Positions 35,953 through 49,859 of a stretch of 64,000 bases of DNA are shown here, in pieces. Under the pieces are notes generated by a model that saw nothing but the letters and a program-made list of their open reading frames with translations, searched no databases and had not been told where the DNA came from. Within the stretch, counting starts at the first letter, position 1. Every line of letters begins with the position of its first letter. Origin of the DNA: Camelus ferus (lineage: Eukaryota); contig NC_045697.1 of the NCBI RefSeq assembly GCF_009834535.1, positions 91,948,001 through 92,012,000 of the forward strand, in the 5' to 3' direction. The translations under genes were made by a program, and so were the position numbers.

Positions 35953-37855
35953 AGGCCTTGCTACTGCAGTTGGTATGACTTAAGCCCAAGTGCTGTTCAG
36001 TTATGGCATTTAAAGTAGCAGGAACACCGTCCTTTGACTTGATTTTTAAAATCTCTTTCCTTTTAAATACAAACCATATTCATAAAGTCAGCAGTGCAAC
36101 GATACTTCTCTTAATCATCACAATTGTGGAAATACTAAACACACTTGATGTTTCTTTTAGACCATGGTTTTAAAACATGGTATTTTAGGATTGATATCCA
36201 CGAAAGTGGGTTTTAAATATAATACTTATACTTATGAAACCAACATTAATATTTGTGAACTTAGAAAACTCTTTTAAGTTCATGCTTAATCTATTCAGCA
36301 TTATATTTCTTTTCTTCTTTTAATTATTTTATTTCCTACTAGGGCACATTTCTTGTGTGTGTATCTTATCTCATGAAATCATAATTCCTTTTTAGGTATG
36401 TGTATCATAGCACTTTGTGCATTAAATATGTTCAATTGATTGTTTATTTAACAAGTTGATTAGAAGCCAAAGTCTTACGTAAAGTGATTGAAGCTATGGT
36501 TCAATGTAACTGATTTGGTCTTCTTTTTGATAGTGTACATTTATTCAGCAAATATTTATTGAGCATTTATTATGTGTAAGACACTATTTTAGGGACAAGG
36601 TTTTCACATAGCAAAAATTTATGATGGACAAAAGCCAAAGTAGTTTTTTAGCAAAAAATTTAAAAGAAAACAAACAGTGGAAAAGATGTCTTTCTTACGA
36701 GTTGCTAGCCATTGCCTTTTAATACATAACAAAGCATACTCTTATTATACTGTTTCTATGGAAAAATGCATTCTAAGTACTAACCAACTTTAAGGGGATG
36801 CTTGGCTTTCAACCTGTTTAAATTGAAAACTGTTTGTATATGACCCCTTTTAACATTTAGAAGATGTTCTGAAGGCTTATAAATCTAGGTTAACAATCAG
36901 AATTATAAAAGAGGTAATTTAAATCCTTGCTTTAAATCATTTTTGTCATTTCTCTTTCCTACAAATGATAAGGAGAAACAAATGGAGACTTAGAAATTAA
37001 TTAAACATTGGCCATTATGCCAAACAAAGTTTAGCCATTACCCTGAACTTCAAATCAGAAAGGAACAACTACATTTGAATGGTACCTGTCTGAGATTGAA
37101 GCAAAACAACAATGGGAAAGGATGCTTATTGACTTCTCCTTTTGGGGAGTTGATTGGCCTCAGTAGGTGGTAGTAACTCTGCTATAACGATGATGCCACT
37201 CATTATGTCAGGAGGCGATCATCAGTTCCCAGAAATGCTGACCATCTATCTTCAGATATGTTCAGCATATCACTCATAATACAAAATCTTCTTTCCAGGC
37301 TCTTTAACTTGGTGCCTATATCCTTTTTTTAAGTTTAGCTGGGTAAAAGGATTTCTGTTCTTGTAAGATGAGTCATTTATCAAATCCTAGTACAACTTTT
37401 CTCAGAAATTTTTAAATGTAACCCTTAATGTATGATAATAATGCCTTTTTATTTAGTTCTTTTAATTGTTCAATGCTTTCTTCACCTTTATCATTCTATT
37501 TTAAGCTAACAAGTTATGAATCCTGTAATAATTTGAGGTTTTTTGCATCCAGCCTATCCACTCTCCTTTTCAAAGACTTCAGAAAACAGACAGTAGTTTC
37601 AATCACTTAGTGTCTAGTGGGAGAATGACAGAGTGATCTAATGGGTCTTTTTCCAACTCCAAAAACTTTATGTCTTCCAAAAGGAATACGGTGCTTGCCG
37701 TTTGCTCTGCCACATTTCCAGCATTTATCACTGTCGTTTAGAATCCTTGTCTTCCATCCTGCTGAGGGTGTGCATGTGTTACTTCTTGAAAAGTTGTCAT
37801 GTTGATTACTCTTATTTTTGAATCTAGAGTGTGTTTGTTTCTATTTGTTTCACAG

Positions 37856-37974
37856 CCGACCAGCATATAGATGGCTATAGTTTTTCAACCAGACTTTATT
37901 CATGGGGTTTGCTGCTCCTATATTAGTATTAATTATAGAAACATCTCCTGTGCGTAAAAATACTTGCACTGTAG
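37856..37974 (+). other. Candidate non-coding exon, 119 nt
   Basis: Acceptor TGTTTGTTTCTATTTGTTTCACAG| and donor TAG|GTAAGA; stops in all three frames. Confidence 0.35.
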
Positions 37975-38319
37975 GTAAGACTACACCTGTGAACTATGCT
38001 TTAAAACTCAGCTTTAAAAACAGCCCTCTTGGGGCATTATTTATAATGAATCAATACTTTTAGAGTTCCTGTGTTCAGGATGCATTTAGCAATAAATTAT
38101 TGTGTTAGTTGATTCTTAGATTGTTTGTGAACATTTATTTGTTTCTAATAGGCACCTATAAATCTCAGAAAATACACTCTATTGGATAGCTAGTACATTG
38201 ACTTGCAGATATTTGGGTCACAAAGTATAACTTCAATTTAGAAAAGAAGCAATCGATAGAATAATTCATTTTCTATATTCATCTCAGTTACTTGATGATA
38301 AGCCTGCTAGAAAATCCTC

Positions 38320-38830
38320 TGTAGTGGACAATGTGATTATCTCACAAACATCTGTTTTATTCCTTTTCCAATATGAAGCCCATTCTCTAGCCCCCATGTG
38401 TAGCAGTTGCTTGATTTGGGCAAAATTAACTCAACCCTGATTGCTACTCCCTATCTCTTGACACAGTGATTAGTTCAGTAATAGTTGTGTGACCCTGTTC
38501 TAAGCCAAAGATTACAAGGTGTTCTCTTGGCTAGGGAACGTCATTCAAGGATGGCCCGATTAAGCATGGATGTCAGCACTCGTATTCCTTAGGTATGGGA
38601 AGTGAATGTATTTTCCTTGCCTAGGACCACTACCATCATGTAGCATGCATAAAAAGGCCACATGACGAATAGTGTGCCTCCAAGTTATGCAGCGTGCAAT
38701 GAGCATAATCATATCCCAAAGTCCTGATTAAGCCCTGGTTGCTACTGGTGGCAGTCTTGTGACCATGAATGAAGCCAGTCCAAGGACAAAGCTGGCATGA
38801 GAGTAAAGCTTAAAGAATTAGAAAATAACT
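38320..38830 (+). mobile_element. Old MaLR LTR (MLT1K/L-like)
   Basis: TGTAGTGGACA...CAGTGATTAGTTCAG..ATAG.TGTGTGACCC...GCTACTGGTGGCAGTCTTGTGACCATGA. Confidence 0.55.
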
Positions 38831-40337
38831 AAGTTGTGTGTGCAAACAAATGGTTTTGCAATAATGGCATCATGATATTCATGGTGTTAAAGTCAATATG
38901 TATTAAATCTTATTTTTATTTCACTTTATTGGAAGAAGAGGTAAGTGGAAGAACTTGAAAGGAAGCTAAATTTCAGACAAAATTTTCACCACAAGGATTA
39001 TAGGTTATTAAAAAATAACATTAAACTAAGAAAAATTATGAAATAGTTTAGAATTTCAACATGCTTTCTTCTAATTAAATGCTCTAATTTTAGAGAGTGA
39101 TACTATGAAGGAGGAGACAAATAAGCCTTGTTCACTTTTCTTCTCCTCTTTGTGTTTTTTAGTTGGAAAAGATTCATAATGTTTATGTTCTTTTCTGCGT
39201 CATAAATCCTGTTTTCTTGGTCTCAGTTCTACATGTGGATGGATTTACTGCTCACCACCAGCCCCCTTTTCATGGCCTCTCCATCCCTCACCTCATTATT
39301 TGGGCCGTCTTGTGTTTGGCTGAGTGTCATTGTTGACTACTGTTTTTATCAAGGAGGGCTCATGAGTATTGTTTTCTCTCTCTGCCGTGGTAGGGACTGT
39401 ATCTCCCCCATTGTTATAATTTAATGAATGACACCTTAACTAGACATACTTTTCCTTGATAACACTTTATTTCTCTTGGAATTTCATAAACACTACTACA
39501 ATTTTTACTGGCACCAAGGAATTTTGAGACTGACTTCATTTTCCTCTATTTTGGGTGACTTATTTTTTAAATTGAATGGAGGAAGAATTCTTTTTTCTTG
39601 AATTTCTGTTATTTAACTATGATTTATTTCTATCTCAGTCACTTGAAATCAAAATTTCCAAATAAAGCATATGTTTCAGTTGCAGATTTAAGTGTTTCTA
39701 CACTTCAGTGTCAATTTCCTGTATTGTACCTGTGAATGATTTTCTACTTTTTTTGTTTGTTTGTTAGGAATCTCTACTTAAGAAATACAAAGTACCTTGA
39801 TGCTGTTTCTTCCTTACTTATCCTTCATATCCATCATCACTTTTCTACTTGTTTTAATCTCATTGCCTCTATCTCTATGTTCACTTGATTAGTTCAAGGC
39901 TTTTATACAACATTAATTTTATTTGATTTTATCCAGGACTACCCTGATTTCTGTTAGTTAGAGTTTGCTTGTGTCAGAAATTTTATGTTTTAGTTCTCCA
40001 TTTTCTTAGCTTTACCATACATTCTTGCTTTGTATGTTGTTGTTATAACATCTCACCTTTGAGGAATCATATTTCCCATTTACTTTAAAAATTAATTAAA
40101 TTTCTTTACTAAGGTTTTTTATAGTGCAAAACATTGGTAGGAAATCAGCCAGTGTTCCCTGCATTATGTGTTCTACTGAAATTATTTTTTCTGTAGTAAA
40201 TTTGTATAGTTTCCACACCATTTCTTTTATCTTGTTCATGATGAATTTAAGTAGCTCCATCTAGATCCTATTGTTCTCTTTGATACTTGATGTCCTTCTG
40301 ATATAAATATATTTATTTTTTTCAAATGTTTACTCTC

Positions 40338-40748
40338 TTCCTGACACCATGAGAGGGGAATAATTTCCTGCCATATTGGTTATGGGCTTCACCATCTGAC
40401 AGTGATTTTGCACTTTACATTTAGTGGCCAACTGAATGTGAGCAAAGACGTCATAAGCAGAGGCTTTAAATGCACTTGTGTGATGACTTGTCCTCCTGAG
40501 CTTCCACCATTCTGCCATGAGAGGATCCTGCTTTGAGTAGCTGCTAATCTAGGAATAAAGAGATATGTGGGGAAAAATTAAATCCAATCCCCATCCTTGA
40601 ACCAAACAAAGACTCTCCCAACTAAACCCAGGAGTATCACAGCCTTTTCACAGATTAATGAGCAAGAAAAATAAACATCTTTTGTCATCCCTGAGATTGT
40701 GGGGATGTTTGTTTCTCAGCACTATTGCCACAAAAATTCACTAAGACA
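40338..40748 (+). mobile_element. MaLR LTR (MLT1J-like)
   Basis: TGGCCAACTGAATGTGAGCAAAG...GCAGAGGCTTTAAATG...AAAATAAACATC...GGGATGTTTGTT...CTAAGACA. Confidence 0.65.
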
Positions 40749-43700
40749 CCTTCTCACTTTTGGAAACAGTTTGTTTATTCTTCTCAAGTTGATTCTTTTC
40801 AGTATAGTTTTCTAAGGCTTTAGACTATGAAGATGGGGAAAGGGATAGCTTAGCTGAGGCTAAGATCGACCTAGGTAAAAGACATGTTCTTCTCTCTTCT
40901 GAGATCCCATTAGATGTCCTGTGCCAGGGAGTTATTCAATTTCTATGGTTTCAGCAACTTTTCCATCTTAGTACAATAGCATGGGAAACATAAATTCTTG
41001 GTGGCCCTTTCCACTGACCTATGTCCTTGAGGTGGTCTTGCCTTGATGTTTAGGGATTTAGAGTTTTCTCTGACCTTTTCCTGAGCTGTTTAGTCACTGC
41101 CTTAATCTGCTTGCCTTCAAATTGGAATATCAATACAAATTCTTAGAACATTACTGAGACACATCTTGTTTCCTTGCCACTAGCTGTGGGGAAAGAGGGT
41201 TAAAAAACCATACCATGTCATCTGCTTCTAAACTCACCTGGATGTTTGGTTTTGGCTTTTGTTTCTCCTTATGTTTATGAAATTGTTTATTCATTTGTTT
41301 GTTTAATGCATGTTCATTTTATCAGGCAATGGAGATGAGAACTTCTTGGTCCTACTTAATTTTACGATCCTAACCTGGAATTCATTTATGCATTATGTAG
41401 AAGTGCCCCATGGCGGACTTAAACAGTTCATAGACACAAGTTCAGAATGTATTTTTGGGTAGGAAGTACATTGACTATTAAAAAAAAAAATCTAGCTGAG
41501 AAAAATTTTTTTCTGGAAATATGTTCTAGTATATTATATATCATAATGTAACTTGGTTCAATTTGAAGTAATACACCTTTTAGTACTATAAAAGAAAATG
41601 TAAAAAGATTAAATATTGACACTTGGACAGATGAAGATATGAAAAAAATACCATAATTTTGATTTCATACTGTATATATCATATATTGACTAATAGGAAA
41701 TCAGCTTAAAAGTCAATAAAATAGATATTTCTTTAAAATTTGTCACCAGTGTATTACGCCAGGCCTAAAAATAGATATTTAAATTTGCTCATGCCAATTT
41801 ATTTACGTGAGTCCACTAATTAATACTTCATTATGCCAGCTAACTTTTTATAATGTTATTTTTGCTTGATTTAAACCTGACCCAATTTATTAAGAAGGTA
41901 TGCTAGTGCATGACCTAAGAATTTTTAAATACTCCATTAGTAATGAACTTAAGTATTTTTTTTATTTAGTGCATCAGTAAATAGAGAAAATGGTTTAGCA
42001 GAAGCATCTTTCATCTAAAACTGGTAAAAGGATCTATATCAATATTTGCTGGAATTAGCGTGTGGTGGATTATGTTATGCATTATACAATGATAATATTT
42101 ATTTTAGAAATTGGTCTTCTGTGCAAAGATGAGCTTTAGTTGGGAGGAAGGAAGGGAGGATAAGTGATTATAATGCATATCAGTTTTATTAGTTCTCTTG
42201 TATTTCTCCAAAAATGCATACCTTAAAAACAGATTCAAATTTATTTAACAAAATGCAAGCAATCAAACCAAACAAAAGTGATCTAAGTAGCAAGTTATCT
42301 TGCTTATTATGTGGATTGGAAGCCAATAAATATGCACAGAGGAAAACCACCTCTTCTTGTTGCCTGGTGTGGGGTCATTTAGTATTTAAATCAGCTTTAA
42401 TTACTGGCAGGCTGAATTGTTCATTAATGGTTTGCCTGTAGCAACAAAAATAGCACATTTAACAATGTTGTGAAAATACTGCTGCACAACATCATCTTCA
42501 GTCATGGATATTGCCTGCAAGTTCAACTGAGGTTGATTTACCCAAGATCATTTATTAAGTCAGTGGCAGCAAAGGTTTCAAATTCTCAGCTTCTGAGTTT
42601 CTTTTTGTTGCTTCTGCTTTCTGAACTATGCTCTCTTGTAAGTTATTAATTTACTATATATTTCTGTGATTTCTTAATTTGCAATGGGGAAGGTGATATA
42701 TTTATGTTATAATTACTGAGTGGCTTGCTAGAGTAGGTAGGAACCAAATATTGTAAGAAAATGCTCCATGTTAGCAGGATTTCTAGTGTATATTTGATTT
42801 GTGTTTTGAATTGGGTTCTTATATATTCCTTTTAGATCAGAGAATACTATATTAATTATTCCAGAGCATTAGAAAACTTTCAAATTATTTAGATATCTGA
42901 TACAAAGAACTAGGTGTAATGTGTTTTATTCCAAGATTTTCTAAACACAACATTTGATCCAAGTTCGAGGGATAATTCAGAAGTGAAAATAAACCTCTAT
43001 TTAAAAGCTGACCTGTCTCTTCTGAACAGTCTTGAGGGGTGCTCACAGAGTGGAGCTGTCAAGGCACTGGGTTAACTGTGACATTTTGAAATGATTGTGG
43101 TTGTAGAACTTCCTGCAGGCAGTTGCTGCTTGCTTTGTTAAATTGCACACATTTTTCAGTCAAACATTTTCCTGGCTGCATCAAAGGTGTTGAGTGACTG
43201 TGTTAACCTTGGTGTGTTTTGGCAATAGGAGATCAAGTAAAAGTCAATAAATGTCTCCCACAGCCCTGATAAACTCCAAGGGCACAAACAGAGGTGTTTA
43301 TGAGCTGTAGGGGATAATTTGCTCAAGTATACGTTTCCCTTCAAATTGCTTATTGCCATTTTAGTGTTAGCAGAACATATTTTAAGTCACTTCTTTGACA
43401 GAACATATTGGTTGGCATTGCGTAGGCTTCTGTGTTTTTAGGAGACAGATGGCAATTACCCATTTCTGTGCACTGTTATCTTTTAGCTTTAAGTATCACA
43501 TTTACTGGTGAGCTGGACTTTACTCTAATTTTTTTCTTCTCATTTTGAGCAGTCCTGCCTTATAACATCTCCTTACAAAGAATTGTTAAGATGGGTACCT
43601 AGGAAATCATAACATTAAACAATGTGAGCAGACGAAGACTTTTAAAATGGGTTCAAATTTGTGATGGAACTGCTTTCTTTGAATGTATTGTTTCCATTTC

Positions 43701-44316
43701 TCATTTGCCTTAGGATTATATTAGAAGTATGCTCATGGATATTATAAACATAGGTACATACTAACTAGAAATGAACCCTCCATATTATTCTTTTAACTTT
43801 TCAGAAATAAAAAATTTCAAAAAATATAATTAAGATTTTACTTATGTTCATGTCACTCTTCTGAAAAGTATGCTCTCTTATACAGAAATTATAAAGAATA
43901 TAAACATGTTAAAATCTCTAAAATTTTAAAATTTGGATATCAGTCAAAATATTACCTTTGAAAATGAAAGTTAAAAATCTATGACCCTTTGAAGTAAATA
44001 TTAAAACTGGCATATTTTTAAATGAAGTAAAATGTGAAGGATTAAATAATTCATGATTCACCTCTTTCTCTCAAGTTCTTTTAGTGCAAAGAAAAAATTA
44101 CTTTGTTTAAATTTTGGCATCATATTTTTGTACCTGGCTTATAGAGACTGAAATACAGTAAGTAATAATTTTATTCTCTTGAGAGAATAAAAGGGAAGTC
44201 AGTTGATTGAAATATACTTAAAGTAAATAAAATTTTTATCTATTTAGTTATTCTGGAATGTATTTAAATTCTCACGATTTCTGATAGGTATAGATTACAA
44301 TACAATCTGACATTTT

Positions 44317-44487
44317 AAAAATTTTTATTTAATGTTTTAATTTTTATTTATTTAAAAAAATTTTTTGGTGGGGGGAGGTAATTAGATTTATTTTTTTATT
44401 ATTTTTAGAGGAGGTACTGGGGATTGAACCTGAGACCTCATGCATGCTAAGCATGCACTCTACCACTTGAGCTGTACCTACCCCCTT
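44317..44487 (-). mobile_element. tRNA-Ala-derived SINE (vic-1-like, camelid)
   Basis: Minus strand reads GGGGGTAGGTACAGCTCAAGTGGTAGAGTGCATGCTTAGCATGCATGAGGTCTCAGGTTCAATCCCCAGTACCTCC (A and B boxes), then an A-rich linker, CTAATTACCTCCCCC and an A-rich tail; 9-bp direct repeat TGACATTTT (44308-44316, 44488-44496). Confidence 0.85.
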
Positions 44488-45360
44488 TGACATTTTTTTT
44501 AATGTAGCATTTGTAATAATAAAAGCTTGCTATGTGATAGAACTACCACTCCTTTAGAAACTGGACTTCTTTGTGCAGTCCAGTTTCTAGACAAGATTAT
44601 ACATAGCTAGCCTGGATTGTAGATATTCTAGAATTCATAGCCTCAGTATAAGTTAGAACCTTGGCTCTAGTGACTTGCCAGGGGAGGTGAGAATTGATTT
44701 GTGGACTACTTTTCATACACCTCACCCAGTGTGGGTTGGAAGAGCAAGGTGGAAAAAGGTAGATCTCTTTTTGTTTGCTTAGGAGAAGTTCTCAGCTTCT
44801 CCTCATTTGGCTAATTGTCTAAGGGGTGCTGGTGTCAGGTGGTGGCTTCAGCTTGCTCATCAGTGAGGGTCTCAAAGAGTTCTTTATACCTCCACAGTTC
44901 CTTGGAAGATTTGCCTACACTTTCTGGTTGACTTCTACCTGTTGGTATCATCATCACACGTTCTTCTGATACATGAATCTCTATCTTTCACAACTCTCGA
45001 TATAATATGCCCTCTAGGGTCAATTCTCAGGCTTGTGGGCAGCTGTGGAAACCAAGATTTTGAGTGAGAATAACCTGGCCCATTCATTACTTGACAGCCT
45101 TCCCTTGTACCACCATTCGTCATTTATTTTTTTCCCCTGTTGAGTGGTAGAAGGAGATTAGCAGTAGACTAGATGTTTCCCAGATGGCTAATAAAGAAAA
45201 AAAAAGCCCGTATCTATTTCTTATGAGGCCAAGACACAGGAAGATTGGCAAGGACACTGGCATCCCCAAAGATTATGGATTATAGCTCCTTTCTGTAGCT
45301 CTTTGATAGTCTCTTTTAATGTTCACTACTCACCTCAAAGGGGACCTCTTTTTCCTAATC

Positions 45361-45662
45361 CTGCACTGTCTATTATGCTAACTAATGTAGATACTGAGTA
45401 CTCGAAATCTGACTGGTCTTAATCAATATATACTGGAAGTGTAAAACATACATTATATTCCAAAGACAGGATGAAAAAATAATATACATTTTCTGGGTTT
45501 CAGAATATTTATCATATGTTGAAAATATTTTCAATATATTATTTAGGTAATATGTTATTAAAATTAATTTCACCTGTTTCTTTTTACACTTTATTACTGT
45601 GTCTGTGAGAAAATTTTAAATTACATATGTGGCATATATTATATTTCCATTGGATAATGTTG
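45361..45662. mobile_element. MER33/MER3-like hAT element
   Basis: CTGCACTGTCTATTATG...AAGTGTAAAACATACA...TTTCACCTGTTTCTTTTTAC...AAATTACATATGTGGC...TTGGATAATGTTG. Confidence 0.8.
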
Positions 45663-47999
45663 ACATAGGGGATAGGAAATGTCAGTTAAACCCTACAGGG
45701 GGCTGCTATAAATTCTGGTCATTTAAAATGTTGGACACTTAGCATCTTTTGTGTTTAGCTTTTGATCTTTACTCACAAATCAGAGACCACAGGAGTAAAC
45801 CCACCAATGGTAATGTAGAAATTTATTCTTCTTTTTAAAATCTATTGAAAAGTTTCTATTTGTTTTTACTGTTCAGTTCTGAAAATGTGGGTGAAAAATT
45901 GATAATCTGTGTATTGGGTCAACTGTTTATACCACCTAGGTTGTAGAATTACATGAGAGCAAGGAGATGTTTTGAATTTGCAATCTTAATGAACACTGAA
46001 GTGGACAGGAAAATATATACCTTAATGAAGGTCAACTAATGTTAGGCTAGATATCAACGTATTATTAGAAAGTTTTATGATAAATATCAATAAAATAGTA
46101 CGAGTTGTTTTTATCATATTTGTTAATACTACCATAATATTGCAATTATTTCTCTAAACTAATTAAAAATATTCTATCCTGCAATTAAGTCTGACTTCAG
46201 GTTTAGCACTACTTACTGCAGTAAAATAACATTGTTTAAATCTTATATGAACGAGATGGTAAGTTATATTACTAAATGGAATGCACATGTTTCTTTTAAG
46301 TTAAAATGAAAACATTGAAAATATTTGTAAATATCAATAACTATAGAATTGTATGAATTTATGTCTTTGGAAAGTCATACAGAATTGCTATAAGAACAGC
46401 AGACTCTATCAAGGTAACCTCTGTTCCCTTATAGTCATTATGAAATATTTAAACACTTACTTAAAATGAAGTTGTCCTCTTCCTTCTGCCTAGATGTCAT
46501 ATCTTCTCGGTGAGAGAAATGTCTAAAAATATTCTCCTTCCCTATCTAATTGAGTGTATATAAGAGTTTGCCATAATTGGTATTCTGATTGCACTCAGAT
46601 TCCTCATCATACCCATTTTTGTTTCAATGCTGTCATTATCATAGTTTTACATTATCATACTTAAAGCACTTATGATATATGCAGAGAAAGTTTTAAAAGA
46701 TCAGAGTTGTTATTGTGGGTCTCAAAAAATATGCATGAGGGTTTCTGAGAAGGACATTTAACCATAAAATAATAAAAATAGAAATAACTTATGATAATAA
46801 ATAATAATTCAAATAAGGAATGTAAAGGTAATCTTCCAAATCCAAAATGGGAAAGTTTGAAATTTTAACATTATTGACTTAATCTATGTTACCTGACACT
46901 AGAGGAAAGCTTTTATGTTTTTAAATTTCAACTGGATTTCAGATAAGAATCATGAATGGTAAAAAAGTTCTCAGATATTGTCTTTTTTTTTTTTTTTTTT
47001 TTTGTCTTGAAGGATTTATACTATAATGGGAGATTCTTTGAAGGAATAAAGCACATGATTGAAGCAGCTCTTTCACTCCTCAGCTGCTATTTTGAGCTGC
47101 TAGCTGCTGACCACAACACTGCTTAACATTAAGTCACTTTGATTTAAAAATAATATTTCTAGGGAAGCTAAAATCACTTTAAAATATATGTAATTTTAAA
47201 AGTAAGTACACATACTTTATTTACAATAATGCATATATATACATTTATACATACATACATGCATATAAACATTCTTCCAAATAGAAATTATTTTTATCAA
47301 TTCTGAAAATTAATCCAAAATTGTTCATAAGCCAAAGTACCATAGGTAAGAGAAACTGAACATTTGTTTTAAAATGGATAGAGAGGATAAAATATTGTGG
47401 TAAAGAATCAGAGAGACTGAAATACAAAGAAAGAAAGTGAAACATGACCTTTTGATATCTGTAACAGGGACATAAAACATAATAAAGACAAAAGCCTTAT
47501 AGAAAATCTCTGAGCTTTTTAGACATCTGAGATTGAGATTTCCGTGATTATTACACACCATCTCAATGTCCTGTTACTTACCAAATAAAAATCCTGACTG
47601 TTATGTCCAAGTCAACCTAAATATCTTAATGTGGTACTTCCTCATGAGGCTCATTAAATAGTGAAAAAATGATCTTTTATGCTGTAATTTAGCCTTCTCT
47701 CAGAAAAAAAAAAAACAAACCTTTAAAATGGAGTACTCATTTGGGAGACATAGTGATTGATGGTTCTCAAGATAAATGATTTATTAGATTTTATGTTTAT
47801 TTCCATCCTTTGCGTCAACAATTTTGTATCTCAGGTTGATGATCCTTTAAAAGGGATTGACAGAGATGCAGGTTCCTGTTCATGTGTACCTAGATTGGTG
47901 GAGAGGCAGTTATAGGTTGAATACCAGAATTGTCTTTGTGAGAAACAGATGTGATATTTGTCCTTCATAGTTAAAAATCAAACAGACATATTACAGCAC

Positions 48000-48105
48000 A
48001 AAGTAAGAATGTAGATTCCCTGGTGGCAGCAGCTCAGGGAACAGACCTCCAGAATCTGTATTTTAAAATTCTCCCCAGGTGAACTGATATAACAAGTTGA
48101 AACTA
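48000..48105. mobile_element. MER5-like fragment
   Basis: AATGTAGATTCCCTGG...CCAGAATCTGTATTTTAAAATTCTCCCCAGGTGAACTGAT. Confidence 0.5.
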
Positions 48106-49859
48106 GTCCTCAATCCACACTGGGGAATCACTCCAACAGGTACTTTACATGCTAGCCTTATTTTTAGAAGTGGCTTGTTAGAAATTTAGATACCTAAGAT
48201 TTTGCTTTCTGTTTTCGCAAGTATGGAGTGTATTTTAATACACTGCAATGTCTTACTTGGCAACTTCAAAAGCTTGTGTTAATATTCGTAGCTTTAATCT
48301 TTATATATATAGTGATAATCTCTTCATGTTTGATAGAATATATTCTTTCGCTCTGGAGTGCTTTGAAAATCAGTTAATTTGGGCACTTGAAACTATAAGC
48401 AAATACTAGCTTCCGTATTTAAAGGACATCATCAATTTTAACTTGTAAATGTTAGTAATCCTTTTCCTCTTCTCTGTCTCCACTATTACCTAAATAATTC
48501 CAAAACTCTTCTAAGAAACCACCTCACTGCCTCCAATATTTCATTATTATAGTTGATTCACAGAATGTCTTCCTAGGGAGAGTTGAGGAAAGAGACTGAT
48601 CCCATTTGCTGAATAAAAGACTCAACCCTTATAACATGGCACTTATATACTTTAGTAATATGAATTTAATTTACCCATTAGCCCCATTCAGTTTTCCCTA
48701 CTCAACGTACTCAATTAAACATCCATGCTTTTATTCATACCGTTCTGTCTAGAGTGCTCTTTCTTCTAGTTTCTTTCTGCTTCAGATTTGTAAGAACAAA
48801 CTGACATGCTGTTTCTTCTGTGAAATTGTCTTCTGATTTTACCAGAAATAGCTTTCTTCTCACTCTCAAACAGTATTTTGAAAATATATAGATTTTTAAG
48901 TAATCACATTATATTATGGTTATTGGTTTATATGTTATTAGGTGACCCAGAACTGAGCATCCTCTGCAGTAGAATGACTTCTGGGGTCTTAGGTAAAATA
49001 CAAACAAAAGACAAGAATTGTATAGACCTCATGATGTCTACTATGTCTTGTGATTATATAGCACCATGCTCTAAGTCTAGTTTGAAGAAGTTGATTTCAC
49101 AAAACTTTTTGTTGTCCCACTATTAAAATACAGGCTCCATTCTTCTCCCAATTTCACACTTCCTCCTCATTGTAACTGATCCAATTATCTGTAAGGGAGA
49201 CTTAGGTGAATCTGTTACTGTTTGTGTGGCCCTAGGTGTCATCATCTTCCTTGCCATTCCGTTAACTTTCATGCATATTGAAATATGATGATGTGAAGAC
49301 ATTGAAATACCTGTTTTGCATATAATTCAGGGGGAGTTATCTCTAGTTTTACACCTAGTTTTAGGGGACTAAACCCTATAAAAGATTAAAATGAATGCTA
49401 TAGTTGAGATATTCTAAAGCAATATCAACAAAGGAAATGATCTAAAAAAAGGAAGCAAGCTATTAAGCAAACACAAAGTCCTTTTTGGTACAGGTTAGAT
49501 GGGAAAGGTTTTCCTTCCAACTGAGTTTCCTGAAATTTTGTTTAAATTCTAGGACTGCATACAGTTTACAGCACATTAGAGAATTAGTATTGGCTTTCCT
49601 ATTTCTGAATACCTTGAGGAGGGAGACTATGGGCTATTTATTTTTGAATATTCCCAAAGGAAGAATTCCTAGTATACAGCAATTAGACTTTTCATTAAAA
49701 AAAGTTTATTGCATGAATGTAATCTGAAAACAAAATCCCAATTTTGATATTATCTATTTATTACCAAATACTTGACTTATTACATAATATTATTTTATGC
49801 TCATGTTCCTCAAATTATGTCAGAAATCAGTAAAAGAGATTAGAAGGCTGCAGCCTTTG

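Noticed and set aside
44410..44487. tRNA-Ala gene
   Set aside because: Degenerate stems, SINE-type tail and TSD show it is a SINE head
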